Below, in pieces: positions 13,243 through 26,441 of a stretch of DNA of 64,000 nucleotides; the stretch's first letter is position 1, and the number at the start of each line of letters is the position of its first letter. The DNA lies in assembly GCA_000320545.1 (NCBI GenBank), contig ADNK01001791.1:1-64000 (forward strand), in the 5' to 3' direction. Both the position numbers and the translations under genes were made by a program. Under the pieces are notes generated by a model. That model had not been told where the DNA came from. It did no database searches and saw nothing but the letters and a program-made list of their open reading frames with translations. Origin of the DNA: Bigelowiella natans CCMP2755 (Eukaryota > Protista > Cercozoa).

Positions 13243-13336
13243 ATACTCTCTAAAATAATTTTCGTTCGTTGCAAAGTTCACCTCACTTTGCGCGGATTTG
13301 TTTTAACGAGGGAATGAAACAAAAGTATCAAAAACG

Positions 13337-14740
13337 ATGGAGTCAGTTTGGACCAAATCCAATGAAGTAGATTCTTACAACGAAGAAGAAATGACAATGT
13401 TCGTGAAGAGGAAACTGTTCGTAGCCAGAGTTTCTTCAGTATCAGCGAAACAAGCACTGGTGACATATGTGAATGACAACACTGAGGAAGATGAAATGAT
13501 TCTCAGGAGGCAACATGCTCTTCGGCCTGCTGAATCGCTCTCTCTGAGGGAGTTCAGAGATGAATCATTTAGGATTCCACTACCTCGCAAAGCCTTAGAT
13601 CTAGCTCGACACCTTGAGGAAGGGGATGTCATCCAAATTGTCCAAGCCACAGTAACCTATGCTGCAGATGGTACCTCTGAAGATGTTCTACTTCGGGCTC
13701 CCCTTATCTCTGGTAGATTAAATCGAGAAAAGGTCAAAACCTGCGAGGTGATAGTTGAGGACAACTTCCCTGTGAAACTTGATGAAATGTTGGAAACTTG
13801 CAAAGCTTCTGCAGCAGATGCTACTTGCAAGACTACTGCTGCTGCTGCTGCTGCTGATGATGATGATAATGACACTGTTTCGACTGTCACCGAAAATGTT
13901 GATGGGGAAAAGAATGACGTCATGGGCAACAGATTTGATGAAACACAACCCGAGGAGATGAAGGCGCATGAGAGCCACGACTGCGACGACCTTGGTGAAA
14001 GAGTTTATGCTCAGATGGACTTAATCATCTGTAAACTGACAGGCATGTTTCTTGAAAATGAGAGGGAACAAGTTGAAGCGGTCACGTATGACAATTTTGC
14101 GCTTCGTGAGGCAATGATCAGAGCTTTACAGAATCTCAACGATGTAGAGAAAGAAGGGAAACTGCCTACTTCAGAAGTAAAAACACAAATGGATGTTCCT
14201 ACTCGTGCTCATGTGGTTCAGCCTCCAAAGACAAAGACAAAGCAAGATTGGAATGACTTGACAAGAAAATTAAGAGGAGAATCACAGTGCAATGAGAGAG
14301 CGAACAATTTGAAGAGGGAGAAGGTTTCAAAGGTTCCAGTGGAATTTGAACAGAAACCTGAGACATCCAAATCACGTCGAGCAGATGCCAGATCAGTGAA
14401 GAGCCTTGAGACACCTTCTCTGTTGAAGCCTATCGATGATGATGGCTGGAAGACTGTCATGAGCAAAAAAACCAAGAGGAGGAATTTGAAACTTCGGATC
14501 AAAGATCTTAGAGCTGGAGACGAGTACGTGGGAGAAGTTACAGACGCCTTCAACTTCGGTTGCTTCATAAACTTCGGATGTGAAAAGGAAGGACTCATGT
14601 ACTATGCCCACCCACGGAGGAAATCTGTGGGGCCTAAGAGCAGGTTCGAGGTGAAGCAGGGGCAGAAAATAAAGGTCAGGGTCTTCAAGGCTGACAGCTA
14701 TCGTCGAAAGATTTATCTAGATTTTGTCCATTACACCTGA
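13337..14740 (+). CDS. Intronless 467-aa protein with C-terminal S1 RNA-binding domain; probable retroelement ORF1-like protein
   Basis: C-terminus LRIKDLRAGDEYVGEVTDAFNFGCFINFGCEKEGLM...VKQGQKIKVRVFKADSYRRKIYLDF matches the S1 pattern. It is preceded by DDDGWKTVMSKKTKRR. No introns, in an intron-dense genome. Confidence 0.7.
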   Translation: MESVWTKSNEVDSYNEEEMTMFVKRKLFVARVSSVSAKQALVTYVNDNTEEDEMILRRQHALRPAESLSLREFRDESFRIPLPRKALDLARHLEEGDVIQIVQATVTYAADGTSEDVLLRAPLISGRLNREKVKTCEVIVEDNFPVKLDEMLETCKASAADATCKTTAAAAAADDDDNDTVSTVTENVDGEKNDVMGNRFDETQPEEMKAHESHDCDDLGERVYAQMDLIICKLTGMFLENEREQVEAVTYDNFALREAMIRALQNLNDVEKEGKLPTSEVKTQMDVPTRAHVVQPPKTKTKQDWNDLTRKLRGESQCNERANNLKREKVSKVPVEFEQKPETSKSRRADARSVKSLETPSLLKPIDDDGWKTVMSKKTKRRNLKLRIKDLRAGDEYVGEVTDAFNFGCFINFGCEKEGLMYYAHPRRKSVGPKSRFEVKQGQKIKVRVFKADSYRRKIYLDFVHYT

Positions 14741-14943
14741 TGTGGTACAAGAATCCAAGGAAAAAAATGAGAAGAAATTAGAGTGAAGGCTTATGCATAG
14801 GAGCAGATGTTTGCAGATTCACTCCATGAAGTCACTGACCTCGGAATGCACATGTTTAGGAAAACAATAGACCTAATCTATGCACAATTTAAATTATCAG
14901 CATCGTTTTTACTAGATTCTTTTGATTACGGGCTACAATTTTC

Positions 14944-15000
14944 ATGAGGAAACATCGGCGTAACCCTAAAATTACCGTCTGGAACGGTGCGTCTATTTTA
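14944..15000 (+). pseudogene. Possible truncated start of LINE ORF2 (APE endonuclease first strand)
   Basis: MRKHRRNPKITVWNGASIL resembles the (L/I)xxxTWNxxSL start of APE domains. The frame then degrades into TpA-depleted sequence. Short match only. Confidence 0.3.
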
Positions 15001-16228
15001 GAATTTTCCTTCAAGAGCGCCCCGCCCCTATCTCAGCGAACATGTTGATGCATGTGCAAACATTTTTGTAAATGTAGAACTTTACTACGGCATCAACACT
15101 GTGCATGTGCATGTGTGTGCACATCTAGACATGTGTGTGCAAATCCATGTGTTTGTGCGCTTTATAGCTTGGTGACAACATGCATGTATGTCATTGCCAT
15201 CACGCTTGCTGCCTACGCCATTTGCAGGAGCTCCTAAATGCCATGGAAATGAGAGAATAGAAAAATCCACAAAAGTGTGTTGCACCAGACACAAATCATG
15301 CAATGCATGTCAGTACAGCTTTGTGGTCAGATTCCATGTGAGACGCAGCTAGGCAGGCTAGAAGGCCTCGCTAAATATGGTCATGCCTGAGATGCCATAG
15401 TAGTTTATCGTCGAATCAAAACGACGTACCTCACGTGAAAGCAAGTCTGGTGCTATGTACGTCATGTTGCACAGTCAGCGCGAGGTTTGACTACAAGCAT
15501 GCACAACATGCATGCTAGCATGATGCAATGAGCAGCACTAGAGCATTCACCACAACGTTTTGATGGTCTCCAAGCAGTGGCAATTTCTGTACGCATGGCA
15601 TCTATGTGATGCCACAGGCGGAGCCACACAAAGCATGATTTATGTCACGTACATAATGCGCATCCGCCACGCCGAGCATTGCACATGTCGAACGCAATGC
15701 TAAAGCACAAACTCACAACGTCTACTCAGAGCATACGACTGCAGGCAATTCCCTAGCCTGAAAAGGACATAGACACAAAGCCCAGCCCACGCCTTGTATG
15801 CATCGAGCTCTCTGAATGCCTGAGCAAGCACTGTACTCACCAGCGCATTCCCAACGCTGCCTTCTTCCCATAATAAAATGCTGGAGCAGGTGGACAAGGC
15901 CGATCGGGCGCAGAGAAATCTCAACGCAAATTCAGGAGCAGAGCCAAAATCGTCCACTAACCGCGCGATGTTTTCATCGAAGGTTTTTGCATCGTAATAA
16001 TTTCGGGTCGAACAAATGCTTTCGCCAGTCTTCTTATCCGCACCTTACCGATTATTATGCATCAGTAGTGTATTCTCCTTATGTTTGCCTCAGAATGTGG
16101 GTCCGGTTGATTTATAGTAAACCATAATATTATATATATTTATATATATTTATTTATTTATATGTATTTATATTTTATATGAATATCTTTCGCACGGGTT
16201 GTAGAAAATTCAAAAACCACATGAGAGT

Positions 16229-16301
<73 letters not shown>

Positions 16302-16358
16302 TACACAAAGAAACATTATTTGTATGCGTGTTGGTTCGAATATGAGACCCTGTGCAAG

Positions 16359-17522
16359 TCATTTACCTTCATCCTCTACATCGTCGCTTGTACCTTCTAG
16401 ATCAGTCTCACCGCCAAATTCGTTTTCATCGCTTTTGAAGCACCTGCTTCTTTTGACCTTTTCCCTCCCTTCCCCTCCAACCTTCTTTCTTACAAATGGC
16501 CTATCATCATCATCATCATCCACAACTATGTTCGCCTTCGTTTTATCGAATTGAAGATCAAGCCATATCACTAGCTCTGGGGACACATTCAGCAAGAAGT
16601 TCCTCAGAGCCCGAGAGGCGCAGATGATGTTTGGACGCGACATTAAGCTGTCAAAAAATCCTGGCTCTAGTGACTCTGATAGCGACTCGTCACTGACATT
16701 TGCCAGTATAGAAGTACTCTTCGCTATCCATTTTGCATTTACGTTCATGTCTCGAAGCATTACTGACTTTTGAGAATTTGGCCCTGATCTGAATGGTACT
16801 TTGATCACTTGGATCATAGTTGTCGCTGCCGCTAACCCTCCACTGCTGCCAAAATTTGTGCCTTCTACATATTCAGGAGGCATGATACGGGCTCTCAGCG
16901 AGCAACGAAATCGCTGAGAACAGTAACCGTCGAGGCTTTGCTGCAGGTGCTCTGCATCGAGAGGGTCATCCTCCTTGAAGGCGTACGGAATTCGTATCTT
17001 CGTTTCCGCCTTGAAAGGGTGGATAAGTGCTTTGTGAACTGCGCGAGAGAATCTCGAGATTTCCCTCCCTAGACTGCCCCCTACACAGGTACCCTGCAGT
17101 AGAACAGCCTCAAGCATATCAAGCTCGCTCCTTTCCCATTTCCATCTCGGTCTTGGTCTCGGAGTCCCCAGCGGCGAAACTACATTGTTAATTGAAAGGC
17201 GGGTTGAGTACATGCAACGAATGTTACGTTAGCTCCGCATACGAACAACCCAGAAGATTTTGTGTTTCCCTGTCGAGTTGCTTTTCGCGTTGCTCCAATG
17301 CTTGCATAGCAATTTTCGGCTGTTCGGCCTGGAGACGGGTGAAAAGGTGGTCAAAGTCCAGCCCAATTTCGGCTTCTTTCTCCTCGTCCTCGTCCTCGTC
17401 CTCGTTCTCCTCAACCTCCTGAGATGCGCCGGGTCAGAAGAATACGATTTTGAATTATTTGGGCTTACCGGGTCGAAGTCCAGTTTCGCCTCCTCTCGCG
17501 TCCGCTTCCGACTTGCAAGCAT
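16359..17522 (-). CDS. Hypothetical protein (about 3 exons)
   Basis: MLASRKRTREEAKLDFDP, a GT-AG intron, an acidic exon EVEENEDEDEDEEKEAEIGLDFDHLF..., then a long terminal exon (ORF 16359-17213). No family recognised. Confidence 0.55.
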
Positions 17523-18539
17523 TGTCTAATGGGCGGCCCCTGCCTTCGGCATCTGGCAACTTACTTTTTCTGGAAGAAAATTCAAAACCTTCAAAATCTG
17601 CCTGCAATTATAATGCGCGACCGATAATGACGAGGAATTCTCTGACAAGGCGCCGGCATCACTACCGGTGAGTGTCTGTCAGGAGTTTGTGCAGAGATCC
17701 AGAAAGAAAACAGAGGAAATCAGGCAATCCGGTGAATGCGACGAATAAAATTAGGGTTTTTCCCAGAAAATATGCAAAGATTTCGAAATTTGGCGGGAAC
17801 GAATATTGGAAAGTTAGCCACGGAAAACCCAGTCCCCTCCTTGGATGTTTTCCGTATGATTTTCAGACCAAATATCGACCATGATCCGACTTAACAATCG
17901 GAAAATAATCGAAGAATTACCGGGTAGATCTACATGCCCCCTGCAGGGCAGAACGTGACGATGCTTTCAACGGACACTGAGGGATTCTACATGTCCGCAC
18001 CTCAGCGCTACCCAAAGGGCCGCTGTTGTTGCTAAGTTGGGTTGCACAGTGAATGCAAGTGCGCCGTCGGAGGCGACAACCATGGTCATTTGTACTTAGT
18101 TGAAACACAACAGCTCCTCGCTCAAATGTTACTTGATATGAACGCGTCAAACCCAATCTCTGACGATCGTTATGCTACAGGGTCTGCTACGGCCTTCGAG
18201 TCAGAATGCTTCTTGCCTCTGCTCTAGTGCTACAGCTCTTGCATCAAGGTTTACGTTCGAAATTGACTTCCTCTCCTGGTGCGGGCTGCTCAGCAGGTCA
18301 ATCGGACTGACATTTGCCCTCCTCTGCTGCGCTATTTCTCGTCCCGAAGCACGACCTTTCACACATTCTTTCCATTTACACCCCGATGAGCGTGTGCGCG
18401 AGCACATGTACGGGTAAAAAGAATGGTTTCCGAATTCACCGCCTCGCACGTACGCGATGAAAGCACATCGTTCATATGGTGATCTTTCCACCTCACTTAT
18501 GGGCAACATCTATCAGATATCATCGGTCGAGCTTCACAG

Positions 18540-18884
18540 CAGAGCGAAAGGAGTGGTAGCCAGAACGAAATGTCTCCAAGTGAATCGATGACTGCATCAA
18601 TGCAGAGGCGGCTATCAAGCTCGCAGACCAGTAGGTTGGCTGATAAAAACAGTGGGACTGACGACAATAGCGATGAAAGCACTGACCGATGTAGCCAAAA
18701 TCACATTCATTGCAGTGAAAAGGAATCGAAAACCGCGCCGCTCACGCCATCAGAAAAACGGCTGATAAAGTGTGTCCGAAAGGGAAGGGGGAGGGAGAGG
18801 ATAGGGGGAGAGGAGATGGAACAGAGCAGACAAGTTGCATGATAAAGAGAGAGATTGGGGGCGATGTGAATATGTGTGCGCGCG

Positions 18885-18920
<36 letters not shown>

Positions 18921-19625
18921 ACACACATTACGTATCATTTACTCATTCTGATGAGGAATAACAGAATTTTGGCATCGTCTCGACCACAACCCAACATATG
19001 CGCCACAAGCCGGGCGTGCATCACCTGTCCTTGGAATGACCTATTGTGTTCGGTTATGTTATCAAAACACGGAACTCTTGCTCGCCTTAACCGCTATTCC
19101 CCACTAAACATCAATGATATATTTGCTCCGTAGGCTGTCGTTCTCCGAATCCGACCGCGAAAGAATGCAAGATGGGATGAGACAGGACCGCTACGACATG
19201 GAAGAGAGAATGAGGAAGGGCACGGGCGACACGTTTAGCTTCTCTCTTGACCCTGACAACGACAACGATGAAAGCGTTAGAGGCGTGAATATGCACAAAG
19301 ACAGAGACGCTGGTGAAGACGATGACGATGTTGATAACGACGACGACAATGATGATGATGATGATGATGATGATGATGCTGATAGTCCAACGCCATTGCA
19401 TAGCACGTGTGGATGCAAACAGAATATTTACATAATGCGCGTTCGCTGGATTTAGAGTGCTACATTTCGCGACGCTTGTTGTTAACAGGCAAACGTCTGA
19501 TGTCTGAGGAATCTACGAGTGCTTCTTCCACGGAAAAAGACAGGATCGACGGCTCGGACGTGGGGGGGGAGAGGCGAAGGAGAAGGGCGCGGAGGAAGCG
19601 GGGACGCAACGAATTGGTAGATAAA
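18540..19625 (+). CDS. Probable upstream low-complexity exons of the MYND-PrimPol gene
   Basis: Ser-rich and acidic open frames (18570-, 19114-, 19490-) separated by microsatellite introns. An acceptor AG at ~19722 leads into the PrimPol frame. Confidence 0.4.
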
Positions 19626-19671
19626 GCGACGAAAAATAAGCTTATGGGACAGATAGAATGATAATGTGTGC

Positions 19672-19711
<40 letters not shown>

Positions 19712-19746
19712 GTGTGTGTTAGCTATACGGCGAATTTGAACGGTAC

Positions 19747-19764
19747 ATGTTCGGGATGAAAAAG

Positions 19765-19804
<40 letters not shown>

Positions 19805-22476
19805 TAGGGAAAAGGAGAACAGGCCATGGCGACGACAACAGCAGCAACGACGCGGGAAGAGGGGGAACTCAAGCAGGGGCCGTTTGCGCCATTTGCCGAA
19901 GGCCGACAACTTCACGATGCAGCAGGTGTTGCTCTGTATATTACTGCTCCCCAGAGCACCAGAGGAGTCATTGGCCCCTCCACCGCATTGAGTGTGCATA
20001 CTTTGCAAACCGCAATGCACACCGAAAGAAGGAGAGAGAGCGGTTGGAGCGTCGTGTCAGTGAGGTCTTGCTAGACGACAATGCCGTAGATCAGGGAGAA
20101 GGAAGGGGGGGGCAGGTTCTGACCTCTGACAGTGGGATGGTGGAAGATATTTATGACGGCAAAGGCGAGAGAGATGGTAGCAACAGCACCAACGGAAACA
20201 AATCAGTAGATAAGTACAACAGCACGGAGAATCGTGAATGGAGTGCCTCGTACAATCGGTGGCTGGACACGACACAAGCAATTATCGACGATTTCAAGCG
20301 CAACCGCTCACTCTCCTCCTCCTCCTCCTCTTCCCACCTACGCCGACATGTCCATTCGCATCATCATCGAGTAGCCAAGAAACCCCCTCAAACACCACCC
20401 CCTCAGAAGCAAACTCAGCAGCTGCCGGCGAAAGCAGTTTCATTCGATTTCACCGCCCCTCCCTGTGCCTCTCGTGAAGCCTTCTCAGCTAAGGTTGATC
20501 AAGACAGTCGTGTCCTTCATGACACGGCGCCTTCGTCGTCGCTGGTGACTGCCGCGAGCAACAACAACGGAGGAGAGCAGCACTCGGGGCAGAGGCCAGG
20601 AGAAAACGAAAACCTCCTAACCTCCCCCCCCGCCCTTACGTCAGTGCTGCCAGCCCCACCGGATACATACGAGACGTTCAATCAGCTCAAAGTTGCAGTT
20701 GACTACGTTCAGGCGCACTCGCCCCCTCCCGGGCAGACTCTGCTGGTTTTCGCCCATGAGCTGGCACTAGGGGGGAAGCGAAAGTTCATCGTCGCTACCC
20801 CCAAGCGGTTCTTTGAGAAGTACATGAAGGTGGAGGCCGACTCGCGCTGTTTCCACGAGGTGATTCTGGACGGGGCGCCGTGCCACCTCTACCTCGACGT
20901 CGAGTACTACAAGCAGCACAACCCCACGCTTGATGGAAACCATCTCGTGGACACGTTGCTGCGGCACATCGATCAAGGCGTGCGGCAGCTTGTCATGAAG
21001 ACGGAGGGGGTAGGAAATGGGACAGCGGCGGCGGCGACGGCGCTGAAGCGGGAGGCGATCCTGGAACTTGACTCCAGCAACGACGAGAAGTTCTCTCGAC
21101 ACATCATCATCCAGCTGCCGGGCTATGCATTCCAAGACAGCATGCACGTCCGAGAGTTCATTCACAGCTTGTACGCGCCGCCGCCCAACGGCCTCGGGCT
21201 GCAGCCTGTCCTCGTCAGAACGGACAAGGGCTCGCAAACGTCCTTCATCGACTTGGCTGTGTACAATCGAAACCATTGCTTTCGCCTCTACCTGGCCACG
21301 AAGTTCGGTAAAGGGCGCTTCCTGCTCCCCACCAGGCGGTACAACGCTGATAATATGCAGCACGGATACAGCGCTTGGGACTTGTTCAGAAAGTCGCTCA
21401 TTACCAACATCCAGCGACCGCGGGGGAGAGGGGCGCCGCGGCCGCTGGAGGAGGAAGGGGGGGGGCGGGGGGGGATGAGTAATTTGGCACATTCTACCAC
21501 CTCTGCTACTCCTTCTCGTCCTCTTGCTGCCGCTGCTGCTGCCAATGGCCCTTTTAAGAATGGAAACAGCGTTTTGAAGGATAGCGATGATCCGACTACC
21601 ACTACTACTACTACGATGATTAGTATATGCTGCCCAGAGATTCCGTTGTCACTTTATCCTTCCTCGCTCAATCACTCACGCTACTTATCCGCGTATTCGC
21701 AGTATCAGCGCCGCCATCATCCTACATCGGCACAGCTGTCATCGGCATATGGTGCTGCGCAGAACAGCCAGGCCGCATTCTCAGGAGCGCGCAAAACTGC
21801 GATGTATGGCCCCTCCCCCCACCCCGAGCTCGACAGGTTCGTCGTCGAGGTGGCGTCCCGGAGGGGGCCGACGGCGGGGATTCGGTCTTGGATCGAGATG
21901 GAGACCGGGGTGTTTCTGTTCAACATCAAGGACAATCGCTACTGCGGAAACATCGGGCGCGTGCACAAAAGCAACGGCGTCTTCTACATCGTGGACCTCG
22001 TCCAGAGCTCCGCAGCGGCGCAGATGTGCTACGACCCAGACTGCAAGCACTACCGGTCCCCCCCCGTGCCGCTCCCCCCACAGCTGCAGCACCTTCGCGA
22101 GGAATATGGCGATCTTCGATTTCAGCAACGGCGGGAGCAAGAGCAGATGCAACAGCTGATGACACTCGAGGAGGAGGAGGAGGAAGGGGGGAGGGGAGGG
22201 AAAGCACACGCCGACATTAACAGCTCCGTAAGAAGATATACGTCTCAATACGGGATGGTGAAAGCGGAGTTAAGGTCCCTCCTGCAGACAGTGGATGAGT
22301 TCATCGTGCGCCGGCCGATGGCTCGCTATCAGCAGCTCACCGCTCATCTCGAGCAGTTTTTCCCGCCGCCGTTCGTTCGAAACGCAATGAGAAATGCAAA
22401 CGTCACGAAAAAGATTAAGACGGTCATGGAGAACCGAGGAGTCTTTGGCATAATTGATGCAGCCAAGAGCGCCTGA
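19747..22476 (+). CDS. PRIMPOL: DNA primase-polymerase PrimPol (AEP domain + UL52-type Zn finger) with N-terminal MYND zinc finger
   Basis: AEP motif I LYLDVEY, motif II SRH, motif III FIDLAVYNRNHCFRL. Zn finger RYCGNIGRVHKSN...CYDPDC. MYND CAICRRPTTSRCSRCCSVYYCSPEHQRSHWPLHRIEC. Confidence 0.92.
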
Positions 22477-23024
22477 AGTATAGCTTGTAGCTAGCTCCTA
22501 GCATTGGTCGCTACGCATAGTAGCGTTGACAACTGATTAATTAGCAGCAGCAGCAGCTATGGTACTATGGCACTGCACTAATGGAATGAACCACTATCAA
22601 AATGACGAAGCAAACATGAATGCATGGATGATATGGATTATTACTTATTACTGTTGTCTGCGCTGTGCTGTTATGAGACAGATGTAATGAAGTGATTAAA
22701 TCATCTCAATAGTCATCCTAGTGTAGCTATGCAAAGCGCGCTAAGCGCGGCGGCTACAGCGCCTATATGTTGTGTCTATTATGAGGCCGTGGTTTAGTCA
22801 TCAGCTAGAGCAAATCTGTTTACTTTTGATTGACCTTACAGCAATAAATTTGAGTAAGAGGCACTATAACACTTTTAAATGATGTGTGCTTCTGCTTAGA
22901 GGTAATGGTGACATCCAAAACGACGCACTTGGTCCCCTTTCAACTAGTTTCACATGCACGCCTGCACGCGCATTAATTACATAGCATTGAGATGTGAAAG
23001 CATGATCAGCTCGACAAACACGTG

Positions 23025-23067
<43 letters not shown>

Positions 23068-23317
23068 TGGGCACGCAATGATGCGATGTTGCGCAACGCA
23101 AATCGCACGTTCGAGCGGACTGGGCATCACCTCAGTTCTGGTCTGCAGGAGGTAGGACGCATGCTACAGCGAATGGCTGCACAATCTAGACAATCGACAT
23201 CTACCCAAATACTAGATCCTGCACTAGCACGTACTCTCATTGCATAGAATGATCAGAGAATCTCAAATCCGCTTTTAAGATGGCAAATTCGTATGTTTTG
23301 TCATCTCTGTGGGCGTG

Positions 23318-23460
23318 TCAGTCATAGTCTTTCAGAATCATTTCTGCTGCCTTTTCAGCTATCATTAGGGTTGGAGAGTTTGTGTTTCCTGTATGATATG
23401 TGCGAAGGGAACAAGAACAAATGCATAGTGTACACAGAATCATATGTACAATTTTTATAT

Positions 23461-23528
<68 letters not shown>

Positions 23529-24045
23529 TGTTTATCAATAGGTGTAGTAATTAATGTGTACATGATAAAAGCGTGAAGGACTAAATTTGTCGTTTATTGA
23601 AGAAGGCGTTGTCGTCAGTAGCTTGCTTCTATACCCCCCCCCCCTAAGTGTAACACACACCTGACACGATCTGTGGCATGATGGAGGCATCCACCACTCT
23701 TAGCCCTTGCGTTCCGTGCACCTGTATGGTGATAATAATGGAGAGGCAATGATAAGTCCTAACAGCTGGCTATACAAGGAAAGAAAAAGTCATTTCTCTC
23801 TCTCTCTCTCTCTCACTCTCTCTCTCTCATTCTTTACTAAGACGCATGAGGAAATCAGGGGATGGCTATTATTCTCCGATGATGTTCACTTGCGCGTAAG
23901 TTACAGGAGGGGGGAATGGCTCCTTGGGCCTTCATCGCACGAATCAAGCACCAATATCCATCAAAAAGAAGAAACCTTTAGTTGGGAGTCAACGACGCTC
24001 TCAATCTCTGTGTCCTGGCCTTCTCGTAACACAAATGCAAAAATT

Positions 24046-24082
<37 letters not shown>

Positions 24083-26398
24083 CTCTCTCTGGAATTGCGT
24101 AAATCCTACAACGAATAGCAGCCTCACGGCCACCTCTATCACCAATACAGAGTAAATGCTTATATATTATCTACAAAAAACACACATGTACTTTTCCCAC
24201 CTATACCAACGTACACACACGTTGTATTATGCGTGAGTTTCTCCCCCCCCCCCCCCCTTTTCCCTCTTCATACAGATGACCCAAAACCAAACGAAACACT
24301 ACGGCACTTCCTCCTCTCACCCCACAACGACATTAAACAACAACCCATTCTACAGGTGCCGACGGGGTGGAAAATCGACGCGCTGATATCCTAGAACAGA
24401 GAAAGAAAATAACTTAAATTAACTGAGACGATAAGAATTACAAACGAAGATCAAGCACACGGAGAGTGCATACGCATGTACGTGCAAGTGCACACACACA
24501 CTCACGCACACCATGCGCGCACACACCTCCTACGACTTTTCTACTACCACGAAAAGAAATGATATCTAAAATAGCATTTTGAGAACAACCCCCGCGCTGG
24601 CCGCGAGATCTTCGTCAGACATCAAATGAGTGCCGGGGAAAACCTGACAATTTTTGATTGTATCAATGTGCATTTGTATATGTGTGTGTTAGTTTTCTAA
24701 TTTCGGAATGAGTATCAATCCCTCCCCCCCCTCCCCCTCCTTGAAAACCTCTTCAGGCTCCAGGTTACTCAAGGGAGATATCTCCATCATCATTCGAGCA
24801 TGTCGTAGACTTTCCGCAGCGACTCTGTATTGATGTGAGGGATGGCAAAAAGAAGGATGATCGGAAAACCTGTTTGCTACTTTGCGTCGGCACAAAATTC
24901 AACAGGATGTAACACACGCCAGGAAAAGAAAGTGCGCTATCCAAGATGTATTCTGTCCAAAATTAGAACTATATTTCGTTTGGGAAGCTACTATTACAGT
25001 CGATCTTCGTCAGTGGCTAGGTAGTTTGGATCAATCCTGAATGAAAGTATACGGGAAGGGCGGGGGGGGGGGGAGGGTGGACGGAAGGGGCATGAGGAAG
25101 TGGGTCCATAATTGCCACCACACGCTCATCCATACACTATAAGGCGCGGTCTCCATTAGTGCAAGAATGTGCGTGTGTTTGTGCGTGTGTGTGTGTGTTT
25201 GTATGTGTGTACGCGCACCTTGGAGCCTCGCGCGGGTTGTTTGACTTTAATGACACGCTCCCACGACTACCAACAGAACGCATATGTTGTGTGTGATGCG
25301 AAAACCAACGATAAAAAAAAAGAACCATCGAATCACAGCAAGTGTTATGGTTGAAATCAAGGCCACATACACGCACACATTAGAACATGTGGAGTGAATT
25401 TTACACTTTTTTATAAAAATATGGCGGTGATTATCGAAGATTGTGCACCTCGTCGGTCGCAGGTTGCACACGCTGAGCGTCATCCCAGGGAAATCTGCGC
25501 CCCAGTATGTATACATGTGTGATGAGTGATGCACGAAACATGCATGCAAACGCAAACGCAACCGCAACCGCAACCGCACGACGACAACGAAGAAGAGTCA
25601 GAGCATCTATGACGTTTTCTTTCGATTTTGTTCAAAAAAGAATGGTAGCCCTCAAATGCAGAAGTCGCTCGCCTTTCGATTCGTAGCCAATGGCCACCGC
25701 TAAGCTCTGCATCTTAACACTGATTCGAATGGCTCTTTGTATTTATGGCTGTGGTGGTATGACGCACCGTGGAGGGGTTCTCCAAAGCGGTTGAGAGACA
25801 GAGGCTGCACGTGGTACTGAGTACCGATCACGGCAATAATGGCATTACGAGCACGCTCAGTACAAGATTACGAGCATAAATGATTACCTGTATGTTGGGA
25901 GTTCCTCCGACGTCGCTCTTTCTCGAGGGGGTAGGAGAGGAGAAGGCAAACATCCCAACTTGGCTCGGCGCCATGGATAGAGGCCCCGTTCGCATCATCG
26001 CTTCGGAACAACGACAACAACAACAACGACAACAACAGTCAATCATCACGGAAGGCAAGCTAGTGGCTATTGAAGAAACTGATGAAATAAACCGAAGAAC
26101 CATCGATGTATTGTCACCCAATCATATCTTGCAGGCAAAAATAATATGTGATACATATACATTCATATATATATATATATATATCACCATATTCCGCAGC
26201 CATTTTTGCCTGTCCAAGCAGAGAGCCAGCAGCCTGTATTTCGAATGATTTTGTGTGTTATACGACGAATTGAATGATAGGAACTGAATCGATTATTATC
26301 GCATTGGTTGGCCTTTGCAACTCGCACAAATTTCGAAAGGATCATCATGCATGCATGCATGTGTGTGTGTTTGTGTGTGAGCGCGCGTGAGAGAGAGT

Positions 26399-26441
<43 letters not shown>

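Noticed and set aside
20767-22248. Long antisense and alternate-frame ORFs within PrimPol
   Set aside because: Expected shadow ORFs of GC-rich coding sequence, with no motifs.
19747-22476. PrimPol as the enzyme behind the TpA signature
   Set aside because: Only co-location supports it, which carries little weight in a eukaryote.
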